Assembly (NCBI RefSeq): GCF_000143415.4 | Contig: NW_003314283.1 | Location: 630,752-694,751 of the forward strand | DNA length: 64,000 nt | From: Selaginella moellendorffii | Taxonomy: Eukaryota > Plantae > Lycopodiophyta | Direction of reading: 5' to 3' | Shown here: piece by piece, positions 62,532 to 64,000 of the stretch | Layout: each line of letters begins with the position of its first letter | How positions within the stretch are numbered: the first letter of the stretch is position 1 | The notes under the pieces: generated by a model | What the model was told of the DNA's origin: nothing | The model's input: only the letters and a program-made list of their open reading frames with translations | Database searches by the model: none | Translations under genes and position numbers: made by a program

Positions 62532-64000
62532 CTAGAGCATTTGTATCCATTTCCCTGTGCTGGGGACTCCACTATTGACAATGAAAAGCATATAATACCC
62601 CGGAGGGGCTATTGTTTTTGTAGGAGGCGCTCGTACTACGAACGTATAGTATCCAGAATTCTCATCAAGTACTGGCGAGCTCGATTCCAGCTTGAGCAGC
62701 CTCTGATTCATGGAATACGCGTGTGTCGCAAAGGCTGGAGCATATAAAGTAGCTTCCATGTCGCCCAATACCGAGACCGAGAACTCGATCGTGATCTGAG
62801 AGTTGTATCCAATCACCACCTTGGACATGGAACTTATTTCAGCTCTCACACCATCGAAATACGAGTCCAAGTATGGAGGGCTGAAAGCTTCGATCCTCAG
62901 CTCCGTGGGGAACAAAACTTCGCTAAAGTCATAGCCAACGTTTGGATTGCTCCCGGCCACGAGAACTCTGGTATCCGGTAGCAAAATCGCTGTGGAGTGG
63001 TACATGCGTGGGATACTTGCGGAAGCTAGAGTGGTGAACTTGGATGACGAAGTTGAGGAGGGAGAATACAAGAGTGGTGTCAAAGCTGGGTTTCTCGCGA
63101 ATCTCCATCCGGCGGTGCCTTGTTGAGCCCCGTTGATAATGAGAACTTCTCCGGTTGGTAAGTTTACCATGTCGCCCATGACCCTTGGAAGTGGCATCTC
63201 TTCCAATATCCAACTTGGGTTATTGTCCGTCACCACCATTCTCCCACAAGTTTTTAGAGCAGTCTCGAACGACCCCGACGATGCTTGCTTATAAGCCGTC
63301 TTTGAAGCTCCACCACAGATCAGCACCTCCACGCGCTGGAATCTCTGCGAGGCGAGCAGCGGGAGCATGACCGAGGATCCCGACGCTGGATAGTTCCTCG
63401 CGCCGCCTGGTAGACTCGGGTAGGACCGGACGACCTTGTTGTTCTTGTAGTCGAGAAGAATCGACTCGGAGTTTGCAAAGACGAACAGGTTCCCGTCCGG
63501 GAGGAGGTGCAAGAAGGGATAGAGATTGTTCTCGGATCGCTCATCGCTGGTCGAGCGAAGAAACGGAAGGCTGTAGAGGTGACCATCTCCAGGGACGAAT
63601 TCATAGCTGAATGCCACTCGACCACCGACGACTATAACGCGATTATCCGGAAGAATCTGGTTCGAGGCGTACCATCGAGGCCTCTGGAGGCCTCCCGGCT
63701 GCTCGGTCCAGTTGCAATCCTCGCAAAAGTTGTAGTGGCGGACGACTCTAGCGCCATCGTTCCATCCCCCTGTTTGAGTGAACGTACCATCGGCTCGAAA
63801 CGCCCCCGAGGAGCACCAGGTATCTGTAAGAACTTCCAGGGGACGAATGTTGCGAGTGGGAATTTGGAGCTCCACCGAGTGAGCCCAGCAGTCGATCTTG
63901 AGCGCGAGATCCGAGGAATCGTTCCGGCATCGTCCGTGCGGGAGCCTTATCGCCGAGGGTCCGTAGTCCGTCCTGTCGAATATGAGAACTTTGTTGGTGT
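62532..64000 (-). CDS. Glyoxal/aldehyde oxidase (GLOX-like copper radical oxidase); 5' end outside the window
   Basis: WCSSG, RWYASNQILPD, NNLYPF, RNYPASGS, RMYHS, THAYSMNQR and APPGYYMLF. Confidence 0.95.
   Translation of the reverse strand, partial: TNKVLIFDRTDYGPSAIRLPHGRCRNDSSDLALKIDCWAHSVELQIPTRNIRPLEVLTDTWCSSGAFRADGTFTQTGGWNDGARVVRHYNFCEDCNWTEQPGGLQRPRWYASNQILPDNRVIVVGGRVAFSYEFVPGDGHLYSLPFLRSTSDERSENNLYPFLHLLPDGNLFVFANSESILLDYKNNKVVRSYPSLPGGARNYPASGSSVMLPLLASQRFQRVEVLICGGASKTAYKQASSGSFETALKTCGRMVVTDNNPSWILEEMPLPRVMGDMVNLPTGEVLIINGAQQGTAGWRFARNPALTPLLYSPSSTSSSKFTTLASASIPRMYHSTAILLPDTRVLVAGSNPNVGYDFSEVLFPTELRIEAFSPPYLDSYFDGVRAEISSMSKVVIGYNSQITIEFSVSVLGDMEATLYAPAFATHAYSMNQRLLKLESSSPVLDENSGYYTFVVRAPPTKTIAPPGYYMLFIVNSGVPSTGKWIQML

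Overview
Eukaryotic plant DNA, by inference a lycophyte such as Selaginella (about 50-65 nt introns, secreted CVNH lectins, fungal-type chromovirus). The left arm (1-12.7 kb) holds a chorismate synthase pseudogene, an orphan ORF, a 5'-truncated PYRR, two cyanovirin-N-homolog genes, a decayed Helitron Rep/Pif1 and BAHD acyltransferase fragments. The centre (12739-48801) is a four-level transposon nest whose boundaries resolve by target-site duplications (TSDs). A decayed gypsy element (D) contains a TRIM (E), a solo LTR (F) and a 27.5 kb Sola-like TIR transposon (about 13.75 kb net). The Sola-like element carries a ParB-like/MTase-like/FCP1-like cargo gene and about 25 copies of a 22-bp palindrome. 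It hosts a self-priming Tcn1/Tf1-type chromovirus (A). A in turn hosts an intron-containing chromovirus (B) and a 5S-bearing Cassandra-type TRIM (C), whose TSDs are swapped across a 3 kb inversion. The right arm holds a second Helitron, an FMO, a bulb-type lectin, a glyoxal oxidase and scrambled duplicates of these. Family assignments are by motif recognition from memory; no database searches were run.
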